A program made the translations under genes and the position numbers. Below the pieces are notes generated by a model. That model saw only the letters and a program-made list of their open reading frames with translations, was not told where the DNA came from and made no database searches. This document shows, in pieces, positions 41,605 to 52,916 of a DNA stretch of 64,000 nucleotides; the first letter of the stretch is position 1; each line of letters opens with the position of its first letter. This DNA is from Nostoc sp. UHCC 0870 (GTDB lineage: Bacteria; Cyanobacteriota; Cyanobacteriia; Cyanobacteriales; Nostocaceae). Location of the stretch: positions 4,563,141-4,627,140 of the forward strand of contig NZ_CP091913.1 of assembly GCF_022063185.1 (NCBI RefSeq), written 5' to 3'.

Positions 41605-42807
41605 TTAAACAAATCGCTGAGTAAATTCATACATTAAATCTACTCTACCTTTCCTTAACATTGCTGGATCTAGTCTTTCAGTAGTATTACAAGTCATCAA
41701 TACTACTAATCGCTGCTTGATTTGAATCCCCGCATCATCAATAACGCTTTGATATAAAGTCCCATCCAATAAGCTCAAAATGTGTTCTGTTTTGTTGTTA
41801 TACTGGGCTACTTCCGAGGCGCGGTTTTGAGCTAGGTTATCGGCTTCGTTGATAATGATACAAATTCGTTCTAAGTATGTGGGGGGAACAAAGTTAGCGA
41901 TCGCATCATGATCCAAAATAAAGATGACGTATCCTAAAGGGACGAGAATTTCTTTGGCTACTGCTTGTGTCCACGCAGTTTTACCTGTACCTGGTTCGCC
42001 GTTGACTACCACCGCCAGCTGGTTTTGATTCAGAATAGCTTGCTGGACTGTATCAGTGAAGTTTTGAATATCTGCGGGGAAACTGCGAATCGGAAATTGG
42101 CTATGGACTCTACCAACACGGCTTTGATAGCCACTCAGCATCACTGCTAAGTCGTGAGTAGCTTTGTTAACCAGTGGTGACATATCCCTGGACATTAAGG
42201 TATATTGTCTCCGTCCGCGATCGTAAGCTTCAACTTGTAGCCAAACATCCTGTTTTGACCAATAGGCATAAACCGTATTCAAAACATCGAGACGTTCCCA
42301 ATTTACAAATTTTTCTACAGGATAATAAAAATCCCTTTCTAAGTAATATTGGGTGATGATATCAGGACGATCTAATACACTTAAAACTCGTAAAACTGTA
42401 ATTTCTTGCAGTTTGTTCAGTACATAATCAATGGGAATACTATTCCGGCTGACAAATTGTAATATGGGCGTTTCTGTATTTAAAACGTCTTTATAACGAT
42501 GATCAGGTGATTGTTTGTCAGGTGTAACATAGTTCCAAAACTTTTCTATTTCATAGCGAGTATTTTCCGATGCTAGACTTAAAATATTAGCCCACCAAGT
42601 ATAATTATTCCTGCCTAAAATCTCTGCCATGCCACTGGCTAGATTCAAGCTTTTTTGCGTTAATTCTTTGGTATCACTATGTAATAATTCCCATAAAAAT
42701 TCCCAATCTAATTCTCGGTGCAATGGTCGCCAACCACTGGCAAGTAAGCTTTGGCTATTTTGAGTTTTTGGCCTATTTTCACTGTGACTAAAATAATCAA
42801 ACTCCAT
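41605..42807 (-). CDS. AAA+ ATPase (classical AAA clade) with an uncharacterised N-terminal domain of about 260 aa
   Basis: Walker A GEPGTGKT, Walker B IIINEAD, sensor-1 CNT, second region of homology AMLRKGRVDLMYEF. The N-terminal two-thirds have no recognisable motifs. Confidence 0.6.
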   Translation of the reverse strand: MEFDYFSHSENRPKTQNSQSLLASGWRPLHRELDWEFLWELLHSDTKELTQKSLNLASGMAEILGRNNYTWWANILSLASENTRYEIEKFWNYVTPDKQSPDHRYKDVLNTETPILQFVSRNSIPIDYVLNKLQEITVLRVLSVLDRPDIITQYYLERDFYYPVEKFVNWERLDVLNTVYAYWSKQDVWLQVEAYDRGRRQYTLMSRDMSPLVNKATHDLAVMLSGYQSRVGRVHSQFPIRSFPADIQNFTDTVQQAILNQNQLAVVVNGEPGTGKTAWTQAVAKEILVPLGYVIFILDHDAIANFVPPTYLERICIIINEADNLAQNRASEVAQYNNKTEHILSLLDGTLYQSVIDDAGIQIKQRLVVLMTCNTTERLDPAMLRKGRVDLMYEFTQRFV

Positions 42808-43502
42808 ATTTTATCTAAAACTAATAGGTTGATAATGTTCTATAAAACAAAGGCAGAGACGGAAAAATTTTGATTTTTGGGTTGAGGATTGAGGATGTGT
42901 TCGCTTCTGTTTCGGAGTCACTAATCCGAACCCTATTGTAAAACTAAAATTGTCGGCGGCACAGGCAGAATGAGAAAAGATGGTTGAGCGAATAGAAAAT
43001 CAGCTTTTTGAAGTTGTAATGAGTTTTTTTTATTAAATATGAGTCCTATATTATCTGCGATCGCTTACTAAGTTTTATATTTTAACTACTATACTAAAGC
43101 CTCGATATTACACCACATAAATATTAATGTACTACAAATACTACAAAATAAGCAACTAACCAGACACAGAAGTTTACAAAAATATATTAACCCTTTATTT
43201 AATGATGAAATACTTAGTAACTAACTTATTAAGTTAATACAAGACAATTCAGCGTCTCTACTTGTAAAAATGTATCTTTACATCTACTGAAATAAATAAC
43301 ACCAGGGATTATACTGTAAAACAGAATTATGTATATTAAGTTATGATGAAATTAGGCAAAAAATATTCTGTAATCTTGCGTATAATCAATAGGTGTCTGC
43401 TAACCCTATAAAAAGTATTGTGATTTTTTGCATTTTTTCTGACGAGATACCATGTCTCGTTTACTCAAGAATGATCATAAGTTCTGATGGAATCTTCTAG
43501 AA

Positions 43503-43958
43503 ATGTATCTGGCAAAATCATTAATGAGTGATAAAAAGAAGCGCAACTCTCAGCAGCCGTTGATTTTAGCAGTGGAAGACAACGATGACAGTCTACTGCT
43601 GATTAGTTATGCCCTTGAGTCACTTGGCTGTAGATTTATTTGTCAACAAGATAGTACAAATACTGTACTGGTAGCAAAAGAGTATCAGCCAGACTTAATT
43701 ATGTTAGATATCTTGTTACCCAGTGTCAATGGGATTGATGTCATCCGTTATCTCAAACAAGAACCGCTAACTTGTGAAATTCCTGTAGTAGCCGTGACAG
43801 CTTTGTCTGATAGAGAGGATCAAGAACGCATTCTTAAAGCAGGTTTTGATGAATACCTCAGTAAACCTTACATGATTGAAGATTTAGAAGCAGTTATTCG
43901 CCGCTTGCTTTGCGGCAAATTTCAATTTTCCTCAGCTTATCAGTTATGTCAGGAATAG
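43503..43958 (+). CDS. single-domain response regulator (CheY-like receiver)
   Basis: Receiver motifs (DD...LIMLDILLP...K) in a 151-aa product. Confidence 0.75.
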   Translation: MYLAKSLMSDKKKRNSQQPLILAVEDNDDSLLLISYALESLGCRFICQQDSTNTVLVAKEYQPDLIMLDILLPSVNGIDVIRYLKQEPLTCEIPVVAVTALSDREDQERILKAGFDEYLSKPYMIEDLEAVIRRLLCGKFQFSSAYQLCQE

Positions 43959-43985
43959 GGGACTGGGGACTGGGGACTGGGGACT
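43958..43985. repeat. heptamer array (GGGGACT x4) between convergent REC and hybrid-kinase genes
   Basis: ggggactggggactggggactggggact read directly. Confidence 0.9.
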
Positions 43986-45105
43986 AATTTAAATTTTTTG
44001 GTAGTTGGATGGTGAATGTACTTCCTCTTCCTGGTTCGGATTTGAGGCTAATTTTCCCTTCGTGTGCTTCGATGATGCGGCTGGATAAATGTAATCCTAA
44101 GCCACTACCTGACCTTTTATTTCTACCTTGGCGAAATCGCTCGAAAATAGTAGATTGGTCTTCAATAGCAATTCCATAACCGGTATCTTCCACTTCGATA
44201 TTTACCCAGTTGTGATTGGTTTCCGATATATTGATGCTAATGCTGCCTGTGTCGGTAAATTTAATGGCATTACCTACTAAGTTATGTAGCACACGCCGTA
44301 GTTCTAAGGCATCACCCATAACTACACCAGCTTTATTTCCCAGGTTATCTAAGTTACTGGTGTCTAGTTTAAGACTAATATTTTTTTCGCTGGCTAGAGG
44401 GATGAGTTCACTGACTACTTCTGAGGCGATTTCTGGAAGATTGCAGCTTTCGTAATTCAAGGTCTTTTTACCTGCCTCGAAGCGATAAACTTCTAAGAGG
44501 GTGTTGACCATTTGCATGAGATTTTGATTGCTGCGAATCATGACAGCGATCGCTTGTTTCATTTCTGGGGAAATAGGACAAAAGGTTTCTTTTGCAAATA
44601 AATCCAGCATCCGGTCAGCTGCTACTAAAGGGGTACGTAAATCGTGAGTCAGGCGAGAAACAAAGTCTTCTCGTTGACGCGCCATTTTACGCTGTTCGTC
44701 GAGACTGTGCTTGAGACGGAGAAGCGATCGCACTCTCGCTAAGAGTTCATCTGTATCAAAAGGTTTGCGAATAAAATCATCTGCACCAGCATCTAAACCT
44801 TCGACAACGCTGGATTCATGAAAGGCGGTAATTAATAAAATAGGAATATAGCTGAGTTCAGGATTCTTGCGGATGCGCCGTGTTACTTCATAACCATCCA
44901 TTCCTGGCATCATCACATCTAGCAAAATCAAATCAGGTGGAGATTGAGCAACTTTTTCTAAAGCTGACATCCCATCTGTAACTAAGTCTATTTCATAGCC
45001 TTCACTTTCGAGAATGGTCTGAACCAAAATCAGATTATCTCTAGTATCATCAACAGCCAAAATACGATCAATTTGAGAATTTTCAACAACAGACATGATA
45101 ATCAA
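43984..45105 (-). CDS. hybrid histidine kinase with an N-terminal receiver (REC-HisKA-HATPase_c, no sensor domain)
   Basis: REC (VDDTRDN...LLDVMMPGMDGYEV...K), H-box (LTHDLRTPL) and a G-box-containing ATPase (GSGLGLHLS). Confidence 0.8.
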   Translation of the reverse strand: MIIMSVVENSQIDRILAVDDTRDNLILVQTILESEGYEIDLVTDGMSALEKVAQSPPDLILLDVMMPGMDGYEVTRRIRKNPELSYIPILLITAFHESSVVEGLDAGADDFIRKPFDTDELLARVRSLLRLKHSLDEQRKMARQREDFVSRLTHDLRTPLVAADRMLDLFAKETFCPISPEMKQAIAVMIRSNQNLMQMVNTLLEVYRFEAGKKTLNYESCNLPEIASEVVSELIPLASEKNISLKLDTSNLDNLGNKAGVVMGDALELRRVLHNLVGNAIKFTDTGSISINISETNHNWVNIEVEDTGYGIAIEDQSTIFERFRQGRNKRSGSGLGLHLSSRIIEAHEGKISLKSEPGRGSTFTIQLPKNLN

Positions 45106-45119
45106 CTGGTTAAGAAATT

Positions 45120-46454
45120 TTATAGTTTTAGGTGAGGGAAACCCATAGAGACTTGGCTCGTTTGAGAAGTAGATGGGTGTGGATTTGGAGGAGAAGACAA
45201 AATTCCTTTACCATTGAACTCCACCGCCGCAAACGTTTGATTTGAGGTAGATAATGATACTTTTCTTGGTAGTTCAATTTTAAATAGAGAACCAACCCCT
45301 ACTTGACTTTCAAGAGAGATTTTGCCGCCCATCATTCGGACAAGGGAGTTGATAATTGCTAAACCCAAGCCTGTACCTGAATATTTACGGGTAATACTTT
45401 GATCAACTTGTCGAAAAGCTTCAAAGATATGCTGAAAATCTTCGGAAGATATACCTATACCTGTATCTCGAACAGAGAGTGCTACTCGATTTTCTCCCAG
45501 GTCTTGTACTTCTACCCAAATACTACCAGACTCAGTAAATTTAATAGAATTAGATAATAAATTCAATAATATCTGTCTGATTCTGACTGGATCATTAAAA
45601 ATTACAGGGTTAGCTGTATTTATTTTTACTACCAAAGACAACTTTTTTGCTTCAGCTAAAGAACGAATTTCTGCAACTGTCGTATGGGTAACTTTCGCCA
45701 AATCAAATAATTCTGGCTGGAGTGCTAATCTTCCCTCCTCCAACTTAGAAAAGTCGAGAACTTCATTCACTAGCATCAGCAAATGCTTCCCATTATTCAG
45801 GATACGTTCTACCATATCTGTTTGCTGATTTGTCAAATTACCAAACTTAGGACGCAACAATATTTGAGCAAAACCAATAATAGCATTCATTGGTGTTCGC
45901 AACTCATGAGACATGGTAGCTAAAAACTGAGATTTTAGCCGTGATGCTTCTAATAGTTTTAAATTTTGTAACTGAATTTGTTCCTGTTGTCTCTGTAGTT
46001 CTTGATTTTTACGTAATAGCTGTTCATTGCTTTCTTTCAGCTGCTGATTTGCTAAAGCGGTTTGCATTTCTGCTTGGTAAACCCGCATCGCATGGCGTAA
46101 AACCTGGGTTAAGGTTGCTGATGACAACCTTGATTTAGCTAGATAATCGGTAGCACCAGCTTTCATCAACTCAACAGCCGTTTGTTCATCTCCTTGATCT
46201 GTGATCACTACTAGGGGGACTTTAATTTCTGAGGCACGTAGCTTTTGTATTAAGCTTAAACCATCTTGGTCTGGTAAATCATTGTCCAAGAAAACGCAAT
46301 CATAGGTAGTATGTCTTAAGGTAGAGATTGCAGTTCTTGCGTCACTTACTTCAGACAATTCTATTTTTACACCGGCTTGCGTGAGGGCTAAATAGACTGT
46401 CATCCGGTCTAACTCATCATCGTCTACAACCAAAATTCTCAGCGTTTCTTTCAT
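45120..46454 (-). CDS. hybrid histidine kinase with an N-terminal receiver plus a coiled-coil linker (REC-CC-HisKA-HATPase_c)
   Basis: REC (VVDDDELDR...LDNDLPDQDG), H-box (MSHELRTPMNAI) and an ATPase G-box (GTGLGLAI). Confidence 0.8.
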   Translation of the reverse strand: MKETLRILVVDDDELDRMTVYLALTQAGVKIELSEVSDARTAISTLRHTTYDCVFLDNDLPDQDGLSLIQKLRASEIKVPLVVITDQGDEQTAVELMKAGATDYLAKSRLSSATLTQVLRHAMRVYQAEMQTALANQQLKESNEQLLRKNQELQRQQEQIQLQNLKLLEASRLKSQFLATMSHELRTPMNAIIGFAQILLRPKFGNLTNQQTDMVERILNNGKHLLMLVNEVLDFSKLEEGRLALQPELFDLAKVTHTTVAEIRSLAEAKKLSLVVKINTANPVIFNDPVRIRQILLNLLSNSIKFTESGSIWVEVQDLGENRVALSVRDTGIGISSEDFQHIFEAFRQVDQSITRKYSGTGLGLAIINSLVRMMGGKISLESQVGVGSLFKIELPRKVSLSTSNQTFAAVEFNGKGILSSPPNPHPSTSQTSQVSMGFPHLKL

Positions 46455-47649
46455 TGGTTTTTATTTTCGCTGTCAAATACAGGTTGGGGTCAAACATATC
46501 TTTTTTAAACTAACAAACTAAATAATTGCAAATGTTGAGTATATCTTTGGGGAATTATACTGAGTCAATGAAAGGTCTTTGAATTTTTGACTGTCTTTAA
46601 TTAGATTAGAGGCAAATTCTATAACTCAGCTTACTGCCCACACAACATTATGAGTAGTTCTAACTTATTTCTTTACCAATAAATTAATTGCATTGGTAAT
46701 ATTAATTCTATTGAGCTTTATTTTGGTAGTCATGACATTTTGTTGATTATTCATCCTTTGCTAAAATTATATTTATTTACATTGGGGGTATATTTTTTAT
46801 TTAAATTGTGCTGTTGTTGAATTGTTAATTATAAATGGACAACTAATTAACAATTTACAAAGGATTGATCCCTGACTCCCACCAAAGACAACGGATATTG
46901 TAAAGTAACTTAAAATACTTTATTAACCTTCATTACGATTGTAAAAGAATGAGTTAACACAAGTCCTCACCCATTAGTGAGAGTTAGAAACAAAGATTGG
47001 TTAACATCAGATTGAGGCGTTGAACTGTTGCGATCGCTTGATCTGAGTGCAGGGAAATATGAGGCTAGTCGTAGCCAAACAATCTCATCTTGTCATATTT
47101 GGTATTTCTAAAATTTGTTAGCGATCGCCAAACACATACCCGTGTTTTCTTGGCGATCACATCTGTAAGAGTTGATAAAAATTACAATAAATTTTTCTGT
47201 AATTATCTTCTCAGTCAGAACGGCAGATAATTTTTTTTTAAATTATGCCATATTATGGAATAATAATTTATAGTAACCTATCCATCAGCAAGAAGTAGAC
47301 AAATGTAAACCAATGGCAGGATGTGAATAAAAAGTAGGGTAAAAAATTGTATTAGCTCCTCTATCCTAGATTTCTTTAACTGTAAGCATTGTAATCGATC
47401 CGGTTGGTCTACTTTATCGCTGTAGAAAGCAAGTATCTTATATTATTCAGCAAAAAATTAATATACCCCAGGCCTGATTTTGAGCTACATCAAGCCTGAA
47501 AAAAAATGGTAGTGATTATTTCTATCGATGGATGCAGGGATATACACAGATCATCTATCTTAGGTTTGGAAAACTCATAGAAAGCAAATTAGAAAAAACT
47601 AAAAAAAATTTAGTTTGTCAGCTGCAAAGAAGGAATAGCGGGTGTAGCA

Positions 47650-48372
47650 ATGAATGAAATCAGCATTATTTTAATTGAAGACCATGACTTAACAAGGATG
47701 GGGTTAAGAGCTGCATTGCAGTCCCACGGGGGATTGAAAGTAGTCGGCGAAGCTGCTAATGCGACTCAAGGATTAAAACTTTTGGAAACAGCAAAGCCAG
47801 ATGTCGCCGTGGTAGATATTGGCTTACCTGACATGGATGGCATTGAACTCACCCGTAAGTTTAGACGCTATCAAGCTGAAAGTGGACAAACAAATACTAA
47901 GGTTTTGATCCTGACAATGGATCATACCGAGGATGCAGTGCTAGCAGCCTTCGCCGCAGGTGCAGACTCTTATTACATGAAAGAGACAAGCATTAGTAAA
48001 TTAACAGAGGCGATACAAGCAACTTACGCGGGTAACTCTTGGATTGATCCAGCGATCGCCAATGTGGTATTACAGAAAATGCGGCAAGGTATTCCTGTAG
48101 AAACCCAATCATCTGATAAACCAAAAACAGTCAAAATCGAAGCTTTACCTTCAGAATACGAACAAGTTTTAGAGACTTACCCACTGACTCAACGGGAGTT
48201 AGAAATTTTAGAGTTAATTGTGGCTGGTTGCAGTAACGGACAAATTGCGGAGAAACTCTATATTACTGTTGGCACAGTTAAAACTCACGTTCGTAACATT
48301 CTGAATAAACTCTGCGCCGATGACCGTACCCAAGCGGCTGTACGGGCTTTGCGTTCTGGGTTAGTAGCGTAA
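47650..48372 (+). CDS. NarL/FixJ-family response regulator (REC + LuxR-type HTH)
   Basis: Receiver domain plus a C-terminal LuxR HTH (LTQRELEILELIVAGCSNGQIAEKLYITVGTVKTHVRNILNKL). Confidence 0.8.
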   Translation: MNEISIILIEDHDLTRMGLRAALQSHGGLKVVGEAANATQGLKLLETAKPDVAVVDIGLPDMDGIELTRKFRRYQAESGQTNTKVLILTMDHTEDAVLAAFAAGADSYYMKETSISKLTEAIQATYAGNSWIDPAIANVVLQKMRQGIPVETQSSDKPKTVKIEALPSEYEQVLETYPLTQRELEILELIVAGCSNGQIAEKLYITVGTVKTHVRNILNKLCADDRTQAAVRALRSGLVA

Positions 48373-48437
48373 TTGCTGGACGTTGGGTATAGATTTGCTG
48401 AACCTCTCCCCAACCCCTCTCCGACCCGGAAAGGGGC

Positions 48438-49802
48438 TTAAATATTGAATTTTTCTACTAAATACTCAGCAATCCTTGCTGCTGCACCTGGTTTCCCCAT
48501 CCTGCGCCTGCCATTCTCGGCAATAATATGCAGTCTATCAGGATAAGTGAAAAGCGATCGCACTTCTTGAGCAACTTGTTCTGGTTCGTCCACTAAAATC
48601 AGCGATAAGCCTAAAAGTCGGCTTTGGGCTTCTGCAAAACCGGGGTTATATTGCGGCCCCTCCCCAGGAATAGCGATCGCAGGTTTACCTAAACCGATAA
48701 ACTGTTCTGTAGCTGTCCCCGCCATTGCGATCGCAATATCTCCCCAATGCAAACATTCGTTGTATGCTTGTTGCGTCAAGATGATATAGGCGTTGCTTTG
48801 CTGGAAGATCACAGCATTTTCATCCGGTAGGGGAAGAGGTGACTCTGTAGACGGTCGCCAGCCTTGAGACTGCACAGTTTGGGCTAGTATACTCAAGTCT
48901 AGATTTGGTGCGATCGCTCCTAAAAATACTACATTACTAGAACTTGGTACAAACGAATTTTGCTCCCGAAAACTCCCCATCAATGCAGACACCGCCACCA
49001 TAATTATTTCCCAATTTTTATAAGCTTCCGGCGCACGCGAACCAGGGAGGAGAGTCATCATCAACGGTCTAGCCATTTCTTGCTGTTGACTATCAGCACG
49101 ATAAAACTGTTGGGTATTAAACCTCGCCTCTAAACCATCCATCATTGGATTTCCCACATCAAAAGCGGGAATCGTCCACTGATTTAAAATTTTTGTTGTC
49201 AACCCATCCCTAGGAAACACCGCGCGACAACGGCGGCGACTCATTAACCACCTCTCCCAAGGATGGTAAATCGAACCCGAAAAGTTTTCCCATTTGGCTG
49301 CTTTTGATTCCCTAGCTAATATTCCCACTTCATCCCGCACATAATATTCTGACTTCGCCGTCCCGACAAAGGCATATTTAGCACCACTTATAAAAGCAAA
49401 CAATAACGGGACAATATCCCCCACCGCCAAGATAGCGTTCTTGTTACCTAATTTTTTCTGGGAACGCACCCAACGCCGCACCGCTTGAATTTGACTCCAA
49501 GTTAGTTGTACCAAGCCACCTTTCACATCCCGCGCCAATTGTCGCCCATCCATATATATAAACCCACCAGAGGGCATTGTGCGGACTGAACCAATGAGAG
49601 GAATATCTAACTGTTGGTAAGCCCGTCCTTCACCCACCAGAGGTAAAGCAAAGATATCTGGTGGGTTTGATTGTTGCAACAATTCCTGCAAAATGCGGAC
49701 AGCAATTACATCTTCCCCATGACCATTACTTAATACCAACAACTGCAACCGAGAACTTGCAGCTGGTGAATGGGTTGGGGATAAGCGGGATACATCGTTC
49801 AT
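48438..49802 (-). CDS. lipid-A-disaccharide synthase-related glycosyltransferase-like protein (LpxB-like, uncharacterised cyanobacterial family)
   Basis: N-terminal LVLSNGHGEDVIA resembles the LpxB SAGExSGD region. Overall GT-B-like length of 454 aa. The assignment is tentative. Confidence 0.45.
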   Translation of the reverse strand: MNDVSRLSPTHSPAASSRLQLLVLSNGHGEDVIAVRILQELLQQSNPPDIFALPLVGEGRAYQQLDIPLIGSVRTMPSGGFIYMDGRQLARDVKGGLVQLTWSQIQAVRRWVRSQKKLGNKNAILAVGDIVPLLFAFISGAKYAFVGTAKSEYYVRDEVGILARESKAAKWENFSGSIYHPWERWLMSRRRCRAVFPRDGLTTKILNQWTIPAFDVGNPMMDGLEARFNTQQFYRADSQQQEMARPLMMTLLPGSRAPEAYKNWEIIMVAVSALMGSFREQNSFVPSSSNVVFLGAIAPNLDLSILAQTVQSQGWRPSTESPLPLPDENAVIFQQSNAYIILTQQAYNECLHWGDIAIAMAGTATEQFIGLGKPAIAIPGEGPQYNPGFAEAQSRLLGLSLILVDEPEQVAQEVRSLFTYPDRLHIIAENGRRRMGKPGAAARIAEYLVEKFNI

Positions 49803-49811
49803 GAGAAATAT

Positions 49812-49930
49812 AGGTGACAGGTGACAGGTGACAGGTGATAGGTGATAGGTGATAGGTGACAGGTGATAGGTGACAGGTGATAGGTGACAGGTGATAGGTG
49901 ACAGGTGACAGGTGACAGGTGACAGGTGAG
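49812..49930. repeat. long heptamer array (GGTGACA/GGTGATA, about 17 copies)
   Basis: ggtgacaggtgacaggtgataggtgatagg... This creates the spurious ORF at 49799-50002. Confidence 0.9.
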
Positions 49931-50114
49931 AGAGAAAAGGGACTCGGCGTAGTTTTCTTTGCTACGCAACGCTACCGCGAAACCTGGAGGGTGTACACAC
50001 AAGTCTGATAACCTTATCCCGTATCGTTCTGATCCCTTTTGAAGGGGGATTTAGGGGGATCAAACCACATTTTGCACTCAGTATAGAGATGTGTGTACAC
50101 CGTAGCCTACAACT

Positions 50115-50173
50115 GTAGAGACTTTGCCTGCAACGTCTCTACATATTCCCCCTTCCCTAGTAGGGAAGGGGGT
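50115..50173. repeat. composite palindromic interspersed element, copy B (inverted orientation relative to 26244-26298)
   Basis: gtagagactttgcctgcaacgtctctacatattcccccttccctagtagggaaggggg read directly. Confidence 0.85.
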
Positions 50174-50334
50174 TAGGGGGTTAGGTCTCGCGTTAGCTTT
50201 TCCACATAACGTGAAAAGTCAGGTAATAAACAGAGGCTGCGCCAACGCTTAGAGAGTCGGGGGGGAGCATCATTGCAAATTGCGAATTGCGTTAGCGGAG
50301 CGGGGCGTTAGCCCATTGCGAATTGCGAATTGTT

Positions 50335-52062
50335 CTAATATTTCCTCTCTTTTGGCTCAAACATGGTAATTGCGACTGGGCGATATTGAATATCAATCCC
50401 GGCTGGTGAATAGTAAGCCATTGTGTGTTTCAGAAAATTAGCATCGTCTCGCTGGGGGTAATCTTCGCGGAAGTGTGCGCCGCGACTTTCTTGGCGATTG
50501 ATGGCTGAGGCTAAAATAGTCTGTCCCACTATCATTAAACTTCTCAGTTCTAAGGCTTCTACAAGTTCTGTGTTCCAACAACTACCTTTGTCATCTAAAT
50601 AAATTTGATTATATTTCTGTTGTATTTCTGTAATTTTCTCCCATCCTTCACGCATTAATTCTTCAGTGCGGAAAACGCCGCAAAACTCAGTCATCGCATC
50701 TTGAAAGTTTTGACGAATTTGGTTAATGCGGTATTGTCCCGGCTGTGCAATTAAAGATTGAATTTCTTGCTGGGCTTGTGTGATGTAACTGCGCTCATCT
50801 ATAGTGGGTAGCTTACGTTTCTGCACATATTGCGCGATCGCCGCACCAGTTCGTTTACCATAGACTACACACTCCAATAGGGAATTACTACCTAAGCGGT
50901 TTGCACCGTGGACGGAAACACAAGCCGTCTCCCCAGCCGAGAAGAAACCTTCAACAAAACCATCGCCACTACTGCGGACTCTACCATCAGTATTGACAGG
51001 AATCCCACCCATACAATAGTGAATAGTAGGACGGACTGGCATTGGTTGGGTGACTGCATCCACCCCGACTAGACGGTGTGCTTCCTCCCAACAGAAGGGG
51101 ACACGACTCATGATTTTTTCCTTACCCATGTGTCGCAAATCTAGATAAACATAAGCACCGCCAGCACTACCATCAGGATTTATACCACGCCCGGCGCGAA
51201 TTTCGTAGGCGATCGCCCGTGAAGTGATATCACGGGGGGCTAGTTCCATCCGACTAGGTGCATAATTCGCCATGAAGCGATCGCCTTCGGAGTTAATCAG
51301 ATACGCCCCTTCTCCCCGTACCGCTTCCGAAATCAGCACCCCCACGGGATACAATCCTGTAGGATGGAACTGGACAAACTCCATATCTTCCAGGGGTAAA
51401 CCTGCAAGTGCGGTCATTGCTAAACCATCACCTGTACAAGCGTAATCATTGGAGGTGGTGTTATAAACGCGACCATAACCCCCCGTGGCAAACATCACCG
51501 CCTTTGCCCGTAGTACCTCAACCTGACCATCTAGCAGGCGGTACATCACCAAACCTTTCGCCTCATTCTCCTCTAAAATCAGGCGCATGACATACCATTC
51601 TTCATATATCTGCACGCCATAACGCCGCAAGTTATTCACCAACTCATGTAAAATTGCGTGACCAGTTTTATCGGCGGCGTAGCAGGTACGGTTGTGAGAA
51701 TGTCCGCCAAAAGCCCGTTGTGCAATGCGACCATCGTCTAAACGGGAGAACAAAACCCCCATATGTTCCAAGTCAATGACTACATCGGCGGCTTCTTGGG
51801 TGAGAATTGCTACAGCGTCTTGGTCTGCTAAATAATCAGAACCTTTGACAGTATCAAAAGCGTGGGCTTCCCAAGTATCAGTAGTATCGACATTTTTTAA
51901 TGCTGCTGCCATCCCTCCTTGGGCTGCAACCGAGTGAGAACGAATTGGATGGGTTTTCGCCACCACCGCAATATTTAAACTGGGGTCAGTGCGGGCAATT
52001 TCCACAGCAGCACGACACCCCGCCAATCCACCCCCAACAATAATCACATCATGTTCCAACAT
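50335..52062 (-). CDS. sdhA: succinate dehydrogenase / fumarate reductase flavoprotein subunit
   Basis: FAD-binding N-terminus ([14 protein letters not shown]), an active-site His/Arg region and 575 aa overall. Confidence 0.85.
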   Translation of the reverse strand: MLEHDVIIVGGGLAGCRAAVEIARTDPSLNIAVVAKTHPIRSHSVAAQGGMAAALKNVDTTDTWEAHAFDTVKGSDYLADQDAVAILTQEAADVVIDLEHMGVLFSRLDDGRIAQRAFGGHSHNRTCYAADKTGHAILHELVNNLRRYGVQIYEEWYVMRLILEENEAKGLVMYRLLDGQVEVLRAKAVMFATGGYGRVYNTTSNDYACTGDGLAMTALAGLPLEDMEFVQFHPTGLYPVGVLISEAVRGEGAYLINSEGDRFMANYAPSRMELAPRDITSRAIAYEIRAGRGINPDGSAGGAYVYLDLRHMGKEKIMSRVPFCWEEAHRLVGVDAVTQPMPVRPTIHYCMGGIPVNTDGRVRSSGDGFVEGFFSAGETACVSVHGANRLGSNSLLECVVYGKRTGAAIAQYVQKRKLPTIDERSYITQAQQEIQSLIAQPGQYRINQIRQNFQDAMTEFCGVFRTEELMREGWEKITEIQQKYNQIYLDDKGSCWNTELVEALELRSLMIVGQTILASAINRQESRGAHFREDYPQRDDANFLKHTMAYYSPAGIDIQYRPVAITMFEPKERKY

Positions 52063-52113
52063 ACGTAGACCCTAGCTGCAAAACACTGCTGTTCTATTGT
52101 AGAGAGGTGAAAT

Positions 52114-52277
52114 CAATTCAAAATTCAAAATTCAAAATTCAAAATTAAGAAATTAAAAGGCAATAGGCAATAGGGGAAATCCCCATAAATAAATTTAGAG
52201 GCTTGCATCCCAATATTCGGGTAGGTTTCTAGACTATTACCCATTACCCATTACCCATTACCCATTCCCCATTCCCC
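52114..52277. repeat. heptamer arrays (AAAATTC, then CCCATTA/CCCATTC) upstream of sdhA
   Basis: caaaattcaaaattcaaaattc ... cccattacccattacccattacccattccccattcccc. Confidence 0.9.
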
Positions 52278-52282
52278 ATGCT

Positions 52283-52615
52283 TCAGCTACTAGCTTGTAC
52301 AGGTTGTTGCTGAGAAACATTACCAGGGATAGGTTCAGTTTTTACACCTGGTTCTACAGAAATTAATTCAATATGATTTAACAATGTAGTTACAAACGCA
52401 AACAATAAGAAAGGTAGAGACAACAGTACGACCAGACCCACTGTAGTTAAAGCATATACAGGTCGTCTTGCACCCATCAGTGCCAAAGCTGATGCCAAGC
52501 TAAGAGTAATGGTAATTAACCAAACAATTATTTGACCGTAGATATCACCAAAAGTTAAGGTGCAAACAAACCGATAGTTTTGAATATTATTTTTGTTCAT
52601 CATAATTCGCCTCAA
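52283..52615 (-). CDS. hypothetical small membrane protein (2 TM)
   Basis: 110-aa ORF with two hydrophobic helices. No domain. Confidence 0.35.
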   Translation of the reverse strand: MRRIMMNKNNIQNYRFVCTLTFGDIYGQIIVWLITITLSLASALALMGARRPVYALTTVGLVVLLSLPFLLFAFVTTLLNHIELISVEPGVKTEPIPGNVSQQQPVQASS

Positions 52616-52916
52616 GTCTAGCCTATAGGTTCTACGTTAGAACTATGTTTGGCTAGCAGACAATTTCTAAATATTTTTCCAAGGTTTGTAATATCACTTT
52701 ACAATTTAGTCTTTTTGTTACCAAATGTAATTTCTATTTCTCCTGAAGGTATGTAGTATAAATTACGATAGAAAGTTGCAACCAGAGAATAAGTCTCACA
52801 CAAAAATCCGTGATTTTTCTTAAAATAGGAATAGGTAATGCTGATATAGCCTTTCTCGTTTGAGTGAGTTACAAGAACCCCATCCCCAACCTAGTACCGC
52901 AAAGCGGAAGTCAGTA

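Noticed and set aside
49799-50002. 67-aa ORF (..CHLSPVTCHLSPVTYHLSPIT..)
   Set aside because: It is entirely a translation of the GGTGACA/GGTGATA heptamer array, with a periodic peptide, no start context and no coding signal.
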